Under the pieces are notes generated by a model. It searched no databases. It was not told where the DNA came from and was given only the letters and a program-made list of their open reading frames with translations. The position numbers were made by a program, and so were the translations under genes. Shown here in pieces: positions 1 to 8,055 of a stretch of DNA of 22,189 nucleotides (positions are counted from its first letter, which is position 1; each line of letters begins with the position of its first letter). This DNA comes from Deltaproteobacteria bacterium (GTDB taxonomy: Bacteria; Myxococcota_A; UBA9160; SMWR01): NCBI GenBank assembly GCA_032128375.1, contig JAQBGU010000203.1, forward strand, positions 1-22,189. Direction: 5' to 3'.

Positions 1-10
1 TTCGGTTTGA
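1..10 (+). CDS. rpmH: Probable 3' end of 50S ribosomal protein L34 (partial)
   Basis: TCG GTT TGA (...S-V-stop) overlaps the TTG start of rnpA (TTGA). rpmH normally lies directly upstream of rnpA and often ends in RLSV/RLTV. Only 10 nt are visible. Confidence 0.45.
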
Positions 11-321
11 GGTCACGCCCCAAGTTCGGTTTTTCCCGGGAGCAAAGACTACGCCGAAAGGCGGAAATTACGTCAGTGCTCGCCCGCGGCCGTTCCACCG
101 GTGGTAGTGGCATAAAATTGCATTCGATGCCCAGCGATATCGGACCGCGCCTTGGAGTGGTGGTCGGCCGCCATGCCTGGCCCCGTGCAGTGGATCGCAA
201 CCGATTCCGGCGCCTAGTGCGCGAGACCTTCCGCCTGCTGCAATATCGCCTGCAGCCACGTGACTATATCGTCAGGGCGCGCAACCCGCAAAGAAGGGAG
301 CCGAGCGGCGCGGAAATAGAG
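7..321 (+). CDS. rnpA: Ribonuclease P protein component, C-terminally truncated (the reading frame runs on into unrelated sequence to 798)
   Basis: FSREQRLRRKAEITSVL N-terminus, PRLGVVVGR, RNR motif (RAVDRNRFRRLVRETFR) and DYIVRAR. Similarity stops at ~aa105 (GAEIE), with no terminal helix and no stop codon at the expected place. Confidence 0.88.
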
Positions 322-322
322 T

Positions 323-607
323 GTGGCACGCGTGGTGACGCAGCTCGAAGGCGCGGAAGCGCTTCGCGAGGGCGAAATACTGATCGCTTCCGTTACCGAT
401 GTCGGGTGGTCGCCCTATTTCAGCCTGATTGCGGGGTTGGTGACCGATGTCGGAAGCGCGGTCTCGCACGGTGCCGTCGTAGCGCGCGAGTATGGTCTGC
501 CTGCGGTCGTGAATACGCGAATCGCAACGCAGGTATTCCAGACGGGGGATCGCATCGTCCTCGACGGCGAGCAGGGAGTCGTCCGGTTGGCCAGCGACGA
601 GGACTGA
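323..607 (+). CDS. C-terminal phosphohistidine swivel (PEP-utilizing enzyme mobile) domain; fragment of a PEP synthase / rifampin phosphotransferase / PigC-like protein
   Basis: ARVV...GEILIASVTDVGWSPYF...GLVTDVGSAVSHGAVVAREYGLPAVV...GDRIVLDGEQGVV. In-frame TAG at 317-319, so the N-terminal domains are missing. Confidence 0.85.
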   Translation: MARVVTQLEGAEALREGEILIASVTDVGWSPYFSLIAGLVTDVGSAVSHGAVVAREYGLPAVVNTRIATQVFQTGDRIVLDGEQGVVRLASDED

Positions 608-611
608 CGCA

Positions 612-2333
612 TCACAGCCGCCAGCTCTCGGCGGCTCCAGGTAGATGGCCGCCGTCATCGATGCCAACTTCACGATCGATCAGTCCGTTGAGTGACCGAT
701 TCAGCGACTCGATGAGCGGTCGAGGCGCCGCCTCCGGGTCGCGTGAAAGGTCACTTGCCAGGTTCGTCGTTTCGCCCGGATCGACATGGGTATCATAAAG
801 TTCGAGATCGTTGTGGCGGACCAGTTCGTCCCAAGTGTCGGGGCGGTGATGCTGACGTGCGCTGAAGTAGCGCGCGAACTTGAAGCGTCCATCGAACAGG
901 CCACGCATGTGACCCCGGTACGGGGTGATATCGGGCGGGCCGCCGGCTGCGGCCTTCGCTTTCTCCTCGGGCGTCTTGGCGCTGCGCACGCCTGCGACGA
1001 ACTTCGTAACCGCGGCCGACAGGTGAACGAGGCTCGTCCATTGGAAGAGCACGCAGGACCTCTCGCCGGTTGGCGCGGATCGATTGTCGGCGTCTTGAAT
1101 CGGACGGTCGACTGGACGGTCGAGGTGGCGGTCTCCCGCACCCGCGCCAATCGGGGAGCTTCCAGCGACTTCGCTCATCAGATCGATGCCCACGAGTTCC
1201 GGATGCTGTTCGCGCACAGCGGCCATGTCGATACCGGCGCCAGAAAGCAGCGTCGGGAGCACATCGATCATGCTCGTGAGCGCGCCAGAGCTGCGGCCGG
1301 AGCGCACATCGGGGTGACGGATCCACAGCGGTACGTTCGAGACCTCGCGATACGGGATGCCGGTCTTCTCGCGCAGGCCGTGTACACCGGCCATTTCGCC
1401 GTGGTCTGCGGTGTACAGAACGAGCGTGCGATCCTGCTGGCCGCTGGTTTCCAGGCCGTCCAACACGCGTCCGAGTTGGCGGTCTACGTCGCGCAGACAG
1501 TTCCAGTAGTAGTTCTGATAGGCGGACCACAAATCCAGACGATCGAACGGGATCTCGCCGAGGACCAGTTCCATGACCTGTTGATACTCGGCCTGCGCGG
1601 CGGGCTTCCCGGCAAGCGTCGCGGGGCCGAAGTTCTCGCCGAGCCCGATGCCGAGGTCTTTCGCGTACAGCGGGTCGTCCGGCGCGATCCGGATCGGGTG
1701 TGGGAAATCCATGATTCGCGAAGCCCGCTGATGCTCACTGGTCTGAAAGAACATGATGTCGTGAGGATTGACGAAGTTGACCGCCGCGAGCCACGGCCGC
1801 TCGCCATCGCGCTGTTTGCTGATGAACTCGATCGCCGAATCTGCACTGCCTGCGTCGTAGCGCCAGCCGCCTTGCGTGCCGTCGCGTTCGCCGTCTTGCG
1901 CGCTGTGTTCGAAGCCGTAGCCCGAAAGCAGGTCGCGCATGTAATCGACGCCGGGGGCGTTGACCTCGTCGATCGCAGTCAGGTGCCACTTGCCGAAGTA
2001 GCCGGTGGCGAATCCCGCGTCCTGGAACAGGTGACCGAGCGTGGAAATGTCGCGACGAAGCTGGCCGGCATTGGGAATCGGAACATTTTCCCAGACGCCG
2101 TTGCGTTGCGCGTGCAACCCCGTATAGAGATTCGCGCGAGACATCGAGCACAGGTTGGTCGCAGTGTGTGCGGCGCGAAACACCGTCGAGCCCTCCATCA
2201 GGCGATCGCGCTGCGGCAGCGGAACGCCGGCAGGAATCAGATGTCTGGCGCGCTCCTGGTCCGTGACGATCAGCAGAACATTGAATGGCTTCCCGCTGGA
2301 AGCGAGCGCTGCACGGGTCGGACGATCGATCAT
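612..2333 (-). CDS. Sulfatase-family hydrolase (formylglycine-type arylsulfatase-like)
   Basis: NVLLIVTDQER, LCSMSRANLYTG (CxxxR), GYFGKWHL, NPHD, YTADHGEM and ELYD motifs. Confidence 0.9.
   Translation of the reverse strand: MIDRPTRAALASSGKPFNVLLIVTDQERARHLIPAGVPLPQRDRLMEGSTVFRAAHTATNLCSMSRANLYTGLHAQRNGVWENVPIPNAGQLRRDISTLGHLFQDAGFATGYFGKWHLTAIDEVNAPGVDYMRDLLSGYGFEHSAQDGERDGTQGGWRYDAGSADSAIEFISKQRDGERPWLAAVNFVNPHDIMFFQTSEHQRASRIMDFPHPIRIAPDDPLYAKDLGIGLGENFGPATLAGKPAAQAEYQQVMELVLGEIPFDRLDLWSAYQNYYWNCLRDVDRQLGRVLDGLETSGQQDRTLVLYTADHGEMAGVHGLREKTGIPYREVSNVPLWIRHPDVRSGRSSGALTSMIDVLPTLLSGAGIDMAAVREQHPELVGIDLMSEVAGSSPIGAGAGDRHLDRPVDRPIQDADNRSAPTGERSCVLFQWTSLVHLSAAVTKFVAGVRSAKTPEEKAKAAAGGPPDITPYRGHMRGLFDGRFKFARYFSARQHHRPDTWDELVRHNDLELYDTHVDPGETTNLASDLSRDPEAAPRPLIESLNRSLNGLIDREVGIDDGGHLPGAAESWRL
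1098..1133 (-). repeat. Three degenerate 12-bp tandem units within the sulfatase (DRHL-DRPV-DRPI)
   Basis: - strand: gaccgccacctc gaccgtccagtc gaccgtccgatt. Confidence 0.6.
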
Positions 2334-2417
2334 GCGGTTTGGCTCCAGTAGGGAAACGGCCTCCCGCGGGAGGTCCCGCAGCGGCTCCAGGTCGAAGGCC
2401 TCGCAGTGTCTCGCGTG

Positions 2418-4103
2418 TCAGTCGCGCCGAACCCAGTATTCCGCGAGGCCGCGGAAGCCGGGTGTAGTCTTCCACTTCACCTCGCGTCCCGATGGGCGAA
2501 GCGTTGGGTAACGCGCGACCAGCGCACGGACCGCGGCCTGTGCCTCGGCGCGTGCGAGGTGGGCTCCGATACAAAGATGTGCGCCGCCTCCGAACGAGTG
2601 GTGGTGGGTGTCTTTCCGGGTGATGTCGAAGCGATCCGGGTCGGGGTAGACGGCAGGGTCGCGATTCGCCGCGGCCAGCAGCAATGAGATCGACTCGCCT
2701 TTTCGCACCGGCACGCCGTCGATCTCCAAGTCGCGCGGTGCGATTCGCCCCGTCGTTTGTACGGGCCCCTCGAAGCGCAGCATCTCCTCTACCGCATTGG
2801 CGACCCATTCGGGCCGCTCGCGGAGTTTGGCGTGCTCGGACGGCCGTTCGAGCAGGTTTCGCATGCCGTTGCCGATCAGGTCCGTCGTCGTCACGTTTCC
2901 GGCGATCAGCAGCAGGTTGCACATCGTCACCAGCTCGGCCTCGTTGAGGCGGTCGCCCTCGCGCTCGGCCACGACCAGTTTGCCGATGAGGTCGTCCGCC
3001 GGCTCTCGACGCCGCTTTTCGATTTCCAAACGGAACAGCGCGTCGAGCGAGGCCTGGGCCTGCAGGCCTGCCTCGCGAACCTCATCGCCCGCGAACGGAT
3101 TGAAGAAGGCCTCGCTCGAGGCCACAGACCACGCCTTGAATTTCGCCTGTAGAGCGACGTCGACTCCGAGAATGCGCGCGATCGCGATGGCCGGAAGAGG
3201 TGCCGCAATCCGATCGAGCAGGTCGAACTCCGGCTCGCCGTCGGCGTCGACCTGGTCCAGTAGCTCCTCGGCAACGCGTTCGACTACCGGTCGCAGCTTC
3301 TCTGTGGCGCGCGGCGTGAACGAGCGACTGACGAGGTTGCGCAGCCGGTTGTGCTCTGGATCGTCGAGAAACAGCATCGACGGCTCGCGGTCGTCGGTAG
3401 CGTTATCGAGAAACATGCGGACCGGGTCGCCTTCGAGGGCCTTGCGCGGGTCGACGAAGAATTCGAGGTCGTACAGGAAACGCCGAACCGCATCGTGCCC
3501 TGAAAGAACCACGCCACCCATCTGGCGGTCGCGATGCACTGGCGCCCGTTGTTGCAGCAAGCGATGCGCCGCAGCCGGGTCGGCCTGATAGGCGGCATCC
3601 ATTGGCATCAGCTGCACACCTTCGGGTATCGGCGGCTCGTCTGGCGCGCTTGTCTGCTCGAGAAAATCAGCCACCTGATCCAGAGAGCCACGCGTCTCGG
3701 CGAAGCGCAGTAGCGCTTCCTCGTGACCGACGAAGAATCGCACGATCTCGCCCAGTTCTGCTGTGGCTGCGTCGAGTACTTCGCGACTCCCGTTGAGGGT
3801 TTCGTGCACCGAGTCGGCGATCGCATCGCACTGGGCATCCCAATCGAGCTGAGAGACCGCGAGTGCCAGCTTGCGTCCCGCGTCGCGCTGTCTGGCGTCC
3901 TCGGCGAGCGGAAGACCATGAAGCTCGAACGCGTCGCGCAGGCGGGTCTTGACGTGACGTTCGAGCCGTTCGAGCCGACGCCACTGGGAAGCGTGATCCG
4001 CGTCGGTTTCACGCTCGGCGAGCAGCGCGAAGAGCGCCTCGCCGAACACCTCACCCTGGTAGGCCTCGTTGAGAAAGGCATCGAGCTTGGATGAATGCAG
4101 CAT
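2418..4103 (-). CDS. Cytochrome P450 with N-terminal ~150-aa ferritin-like helical domain
   Basis: P450 motifs MLFLDDPEHNRLR, I-helix AGNVTT, EEMLR (ExxR), PDRF and heme loop FGGGAHLCIG. N-terminal YQGEVFGE...LERLERH...HEEA region. ATG at 4103 is preferred to TTG at 4160. Confidence 0.9.
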   Translation of the reverse strand: MLHSSKLDAFLNEAYQGEVFGEALFALLAERETDADHASQWRRLERLERHVKTRLRDAFELHGLPLAEDARQRDAGRKLALAVSQLDWDAQCDAIADSVHETLNGSREVLDAATAELGEIVRFFVGHEEALLRFAETRGSLDQVADFLEQTSAPDEPPIPEGVQLMPMDAAYQADPAAAHRLLQQRAPVHRDRQMGGVVLSGHDAVRRFLYDLEFFVDPRKALEGDPVRMFLDNATDDREPSMLFLDDPEHNRLRNLVSRSFTPRATEKLRPVVERVAEELLDQVDADGEPEFDLLDRIAAPLPAIAIARILGVDVALQAKFKAWSVASSEAFFNPFAGDEVREAGLQAQASLDALFRLEIEKRRREPADDLIGKLVVAEREGDRLNEAELVTMCNLLLIAGNVTTTDLIGNGMRNLLERPSEHAKLRERPEWVANAVEEMLRFEGPVQTTGRIAPRDLEIDGVPVRKGESISLLLAAANRDPAVYPDPDRFDITRKDTHHHSFGGGAHLCIGAHLARAEAQAAVRALVARYPTLRPSGREVKWKTTPGFRGLAEYWVRRD

Positions 4104-4109
4104 GCGAGA

Positions 4110-4139
4110 AGTGTAGCGGCAATCATTGTCATCTGAGAA
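4110..4139 (-). promoter_or_regulatory. Putative sigma70-type promoter, possibly leaderless, for the P450
   Basis: - strand TTCTCA-N18-TACACT, ending 6 nt before the ATG at 4103; no Shine-Dalgarno sequence visible. Confidence 0.35.
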
Positions 4140-4435
4140 CGCGCTTTCAGTCCAAGACAAAGTTGTTCAATGTCGATCCGATTCTGGGATACTGGCACTC
4201 GTGGCAGAAAGGCCGGGTTGGCGTAGTTGGCTGACTTACACTTCGGGTTGTCTTTGCGGAAGTCGAAGCTGGAAGAATTCGCGATGATCGTGAAATTCGC
4301 GCATCGAGTCGATGGTTGACCTTTGGAGACGACCACCCGCAGGAGTTGCTTCCGGCGTTTGCGGGTCAGCGGGCTGAGTACACGCGTAGATGATTGCAGA
4401 ACTGGGCGATTCGAGCGGCGAACAGCAGACCCGAG

Positions 4436-5161
4436 CTACCGAGATGTCTGATCGCCCGAGCTTTCCCGAAACCGCTGGATATAGGCAAGCGATTGGCGTC
4501 CGCGTGGCGTGTCTTCCGCGGGGAAAAGACGCGACCAGAGGCGGTCGAAGGGTCCTTCGTGGAAGTAGTACCGGAACCAGGTCTTTCGCACGAGGAACTC
4601 GATCGCGGTGACTGCGGCGATCGCGGTGTAGATTCCCGAGCCGGTGAACCGGCTCCAACGCTCGAGGTTGCCGGAGATCGCCAGCAGTGCGCTGCCGAGT
4701 GCGCATCCGACAAAGAAGCCGCACCACAACCAGGTCAGGTTTCGACAGTAGTTCCGGATGAATCCCGGCGCTTCCGGCACCATGTACTGTACGGCGCGTT
4801 CGATGATCGAAATGCCCTCACGCAGGCTGATCCGACACATGTCCGCCAGGCTCGCGAATACGGCCGCCGGTACCAGGCGCAGGAACACGGATTCACCGCT
4901 CGTGGCGGTAGCCAGCAGCAAGAGCGGAATTGCGCTCGCGGGGGCGGCTCCGCTGCGCAGTGCCCGTTGCAGTCCATGGCGTCGCAGGAGTCCCGTGGCT
5001 CCTACCCACCCGAGTAACAGCACGGCGACGCCGCGTTCGCCGAAGCGCTCGGAAGCTCGGCCCAGCACGTACGGATAGCAGATGACGATGACGGCGAGAG
5101 TCGAGATCAGCCCACCGACGACCGCCCAGTTGCGCAGCCGCCGAGCGTCAAACGAGTTCAC
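4436..5161 (-). CDS. COG4648-like integral membrane protein (ApeG-like)
   Basis: Several hydrophobic helices, the pattern SIIERA...P...RNYCRNLTWLWCGFF...WSRFTG..IY...EFLVRK, and APE cluster context. The start could be GTG 5161 or 5179. Confidence 0.72.
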   Translation of the reverse strand: MNSFDARRLRNWAVVGGLISTLAVIVICYPYVLGRASERFGERGVAVLLLGWVGATGLLRRHGLQRALRSGAAPASAIPLLLLATATSGESVFLRLVPAAVFASLADMCRISLREGISIIERAVQYMVPEAPGFIRNYCRNLTWLWCGFFVGCALGSALLAISGNLERWSRFTGSGIYTAIAAVTAIEFLVRKTWFRYYFHEGPFDRLWSRLFPAEDTPRGRQSLAYIQRFRESSGDQTSR

Positions 5162-6866
5162 GGCGCCCGATGAAACCACCGAGTGGAAGTGGCTCGACTT
5201 CGTCGGCTCGTCTCGCGGTGCCCAGCATCACCAGCGCCTGCGCGCGAACGCAATTGAAGATCTCGAGAGTCTTGTCCATCACCTTTTGCTCATCGCGATC
5301 GGTTCCCACCTCCTCCGAAAAGTCGATATGGGTCAGACCGTAGTAGAACTCTCCGGTATTGCGGCGGTAGTAGTCGCCACGTTCACGCAGATGGGCTTCG
5401 ATCTGTTGAAACAGCGAAGAGAAGTTCTGCATCGCCTGCAGAACGAACGGTTTCAAACGAAGCTGGCCGCTCAGGTAATCCGCATTCAGGTGTTGATCTC
5501 GCATGTAAGCCGACACCCAGAGGTTGTAGTAGAAACCGATGTCGAAATCCCACTTCATTCGAGCCAGTTCGAAGCTGCCGTGTGCGGAGTACAGGTTTCG
5601 ATACAGCAGCAGGGTGGCTTCGTGTCGGAACTGCATGAACTGGTCGTAGAGGTCGAAGCGCATGCGCAAATCATCCTCCCGCGTTTCGTCGCCAGAATCT
5701 CGGCAGATCAGATCGGTGACGTAGTCGTTTTCGAGTGCGATGAAGTCGCTACCCGGGCTGTAGAGCGGATCTGCCGACGTGGCCGCCTCGCCGATCACAG
5801 CCCAGCGATCCGGATGGAAGAAACGTCGCGTCCCGTAGGCGATCTTCGTGTAGCTGCCGATATCGACGTTCTTCGCGCCGTGGATCAACTCTCGCACGGC
5901 TCGGTGGGTGTCGAGGAACTCGCGGAATCCTGCGGGTGTGCGCATTTCCCGACGACCCGCCACGGGTTCGCCCGTGACTCCGATGCTCGTCAAGCCACCG
6001 CGCAGCGGGATGAACCAGATCCAATAACCGGAGTACCAGAAGTGGATCGTTGAAAGACGTCGCGTTGTGTGTCGCACGCGCTCGCGAAACGCGTCTGAAC
6101 CCAGCGAGTCGATGTCGGACACGCCCTCGAAGCGTCCCCACACCGATCCGATCTGATGTGTGGGCTCAGCGACGCGCAGGTCGGCGAGCCGAGCGAACAT
6201 TCCACCACGGCCCGCTGCGTCGATGATCCAGCGCGCGGTGTGCGCGCTGGATTGACCCCGTCGCGTGACCCGAAAGCGATGCAACGAGCCTGCGACACCC
6301 AACTCGACGCCAGACACCGAAGCCTCGGTCTCGACCTCGACGCCATCGGCCCGATTCATCAGCAGCAGGTCGGCCTCGAAACGGGCGCGATCGATTTGAA
6401 AAGCGGGGTGAAACGGAAGGCCGATGGTGCCGACCTCGCTCATCTCTTCGAGCGCGCAGTCGCGATTTTCGCGATCGAAGAAGTAGCGCAAGCCGTTCTT
6501 GGGAAGTTGGTTTTCGTATAGGTACTCGCTGAGTCCCTGCTTGCGTATCAGGTAGTTGGCCGCGATCTCGACGGTCGCCTCGCCGACCTTGAAGGCGGTC
6601 TCGCTCGAACGCTCGAAAATTCCGATGCTCAGTGTCGACGAACGCCGGCGCAGCTGGCGCGCGAGGAGATTGCCGGCGAGTCCGCCGCCGATGATCGCGA
6701 CATCGAGCGGTTCTGTCGCCGCTCTGGGAAGAGCGGGCCGCGTCACTCTGTGCGGGCTCGCCTGCGGCATTTTAGGCGGCACTCTCTTCGGCACCTTCTG
6801 CGGCACTCTTTGCGGCACTCTTCGCGGCACTCCTTGCGGCACTCTTCGCGGCACTCTTCGCGGCAC
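5148..6866 (-). CDS. FAD-dependent oxidoreductase, putative flavin-dependent halogenase (tryptophan halogenase superfamily)
   Basis: GGGLAG Rossmann motif, FKVGEAT, QLPKNG (candidate catalytic Lys), FQIDRARFE, WIWFIP (WxWxIP, 6006-6023) and DPLYSPG. The GTG at 6866 overlaps the fabG TAG; alternative ATG at 6770. Confidence 0.82.
   Translation of the reverse strand: MPRRVPRRVPQGVPRRVPQRVPQKVPKRVPPKMPQASPHRVTRPALPRAATEPLDVAIIGGGLAGNLLARQLRRRSSTLSIGIFERSSETAFKVGEATVEIAANYLIRKQGLSEYLYENQLPKNGLRYFFDRENRDCALEEMSEVGTIGLPFHPAFQIDRARFEADLLLMNRADGVEVETEASVSGVELGVAGSLHRFRVTRRGQSSAHTARWIIDAAGRGGMFARLADLRVAEPTHQIGSVWGRFEGVSDIDSLGSDAFRERVRHTTRRLSTIHFWYSGYWIWFIPLRGGLTSIGVTGEPVAGRREMRTPAGFREFLDTHRAVRELIHGAKNVDIGSYTKIAYGTRRFFHPDRWAVIGEAATSADPLYSPGSDFIALENDYVTDLICRDSGDETREDDLRMRFDLYDQFMQFRHEATLLLYRNLYSAHGSFELARMKWDFDIGFYYNLWVSAYMRDQHLNADYLSGQLRLKPFVLQAMQNFSSLFQQIEAHLRERGDYYRRNTGEFYYGLTHIDFSEEVGTDRDEQKVMDKTLEIFNCVRAQALVMLGTARRADEVEPLPLGGFIGRRELV
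6759..6866 (-). repeat. Nine 12-bp tandem units (consensus GTGCCGCRAAGA) encoding VPRR-VPRR-VPQG-VPRR-VPQR-VPQK-VPKR-VPPK-MPQA
   Basis: Direct reading: + strand units ending in cggcac/cggcat with exact 12-bp periodicity. Confidence 0.95.
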
Positions 6867-7606
6867 TACACGAGCCCCCCGTTGACGGAGATCACCTGTC
6901 CCGTGATGTAGGACGCGCCTTCGGACATCAAGAACGAAACGGTCGAGGCGACATCGTCGGGTGTTCCCAGCCTGCGCACGGGCACCATCTTCGCCAACGC
7001 GTCTCGATCGGCGCTCTCGAGCATTTCGGTATCGATCCAACCGGGCGCCACGCAATTGACCGTGATGCGTCGTTTCGCGAGTTCCTGCGCCAACGACTTG
7101 GTGGCACCGATGATGCCGGCTTTCGATGCGCTGTAATTGGTCTGGCCGCGGTTTCCGATCATCCCCGCGATGGACGAAAGCGTGACGATGCGCCCGCCCG
7201 ATTTCGCGCGGACCATCGGCATCACCAGTGGATTCAGCACGTTGTAGAAGCCGTCGAGATTTGTCCGGACCACGCGGTCCCAGTCGTCCCCGGACATTCC
7301 CGGAAACGCTGCGTCCGCGGTGATTCCGGCGTTGCTGACCGCGCCCCAGTATGCGCCGCCCGATGCGATATCGCGGCCGATCGCCTCCGCGCTGGCTTCG
7401 CGGTTGGCGACGTCGAATGGCAGCAGAACGGCGCTTCGCCCGAGCGATTCGATTTCGGCCGCCACGGACTCGGCTCGGGTCTTGCTGCGCAAATAGCTGA
7501 GAGCGACGTCGAAGCCGTCGCGCGCCAACCGCAGTGAGATGGCGCGACCGATGCCACGGCTGGCACCCGTGATCAGTACTCGTCGTGTTGCCTTTACGTC
7601 GCTCAC
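6866..7606 (-). CDS. fabG: 3-oxoacyl-ACP reductase (FabG family, ApeQ-like)
   Basis: ITGASRGIG, NAG, SS, YSASK (YxxxK), VNCVAPG and ITGQVISVNGG motifs. GTGA overlap with the upstream gene. Confidence 0.92.
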   Translation of the reverse strand: MSDVKATRRVLITGASRGIGRAISLRLARDGFDVALSYLRSKTRAESVAAEIESLGRSAVLLPFDVANREASAEAIGRDIASGGAYWGAVSNAGITADAAFPGMSGDDWDRVVRTNLDGFYNVLNPLVMPMVRAKSGGRIVTLSSIAGMIGNRGQTNYSASKAGIIGATKSLAQELAKRRITVNCVAPGWIDTEMLESADRDALAKMVPVRRLGTPDDVASTVSFLMSEGASYITGQVISVNGGLV

Positions 7607-8055
7607 CGCTGTACCTCTGCCAGTTCGCTCCAATCTTCGAGGATGTAGAGGTTGATCCGTCCTTCCGCCAGCACTTTGCCCCCGGGATCTCTGACGCTGC
7701 CGTCGAATGCGACCAGACCCGATTCCCCGCGATGGTGACGTGCCGTGACCTCGAGAGGCCGGTCGGCTTCGAAGCGCTCGGCGTGTAGACGCAACCTTCG
7801 CGAGCCGAGCAGAAGCCCCGGGCGCGGTGGTCGAGTGCCGCCAGCGAGGCTGCCATGCACAGCGGCGCACTGCGCGATGTACTCGAGCCCGAGCCAGCTC
7901 GGGACACCGCCATCTGCATCGGCGAACAACGCGCTTTGGCGCACGTCGATACGGCAGACGGTGTATTCGGGCTCGTGTTCGAGCACGCGGTCGAGCAGCA
8001 ACATCGCGTCCGAGTGGGGAATCAAGTCGGCGATGGCCGGAAACTGGCCCGTCAA
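7603..8055 (-). CDS. Hotdog-fold 3-hydroxyacyl-ACP dehydratase (ApeP-like)
   Basis: LIPHSDAMLLLD, GLEYIAQCAAVH and PGLLLGSR motifs. TTGA overlap with the upstream gene. Confidence 0.88.
   Translation of the reverse strand: MTGQFPAIADLIPHSDAMLLLDRVLEHEPEYTVCRIDVRQSALFADADGGVPSWLGLEYIAQCAAVHGSLAGGTRPPRPGLLLGSRRLRLHAERFEADRPLEVTARHHRGESGLVAFDGSVRDPGGKVLAEGRINLYILEDWSELAEVQR

Noticed and set aside
323..607. Rifampin resistance gene (rph)
   Set aside because: Only the swivel domain is present, and it is shared by many PEP-utilizing enzymes.
322..798. C-terminal extension of the 263-aa rnpA ORF as a novel domain
   Set aside because: It is an off-frame reading of the PEP-utilizer fragment plus antisense of the sulfatase; the sequence is Arg/Gly-rich junk.
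786..2351. 521-aa + strand ORF, and similar long antisense ORFs (5082-6053, 14169-15422, 19574-20515, 20553-21965)
   Set aside because: Antisense shadows of motif-supported genes, expected in high-GC DNA; no recognisable motifs.
6759..6866. Repeat array as a CRISPR
   Set aside because: Contiguous 12-bp units without spacers, in frame within a gene, and no cas genes nearby.
6867..7919. 923-aa ORF read as a giant halogenase fusion
   Set aside because: The upstream part overlaps fabG and the dehydratase in another frame; the real start is at 6866 or later.
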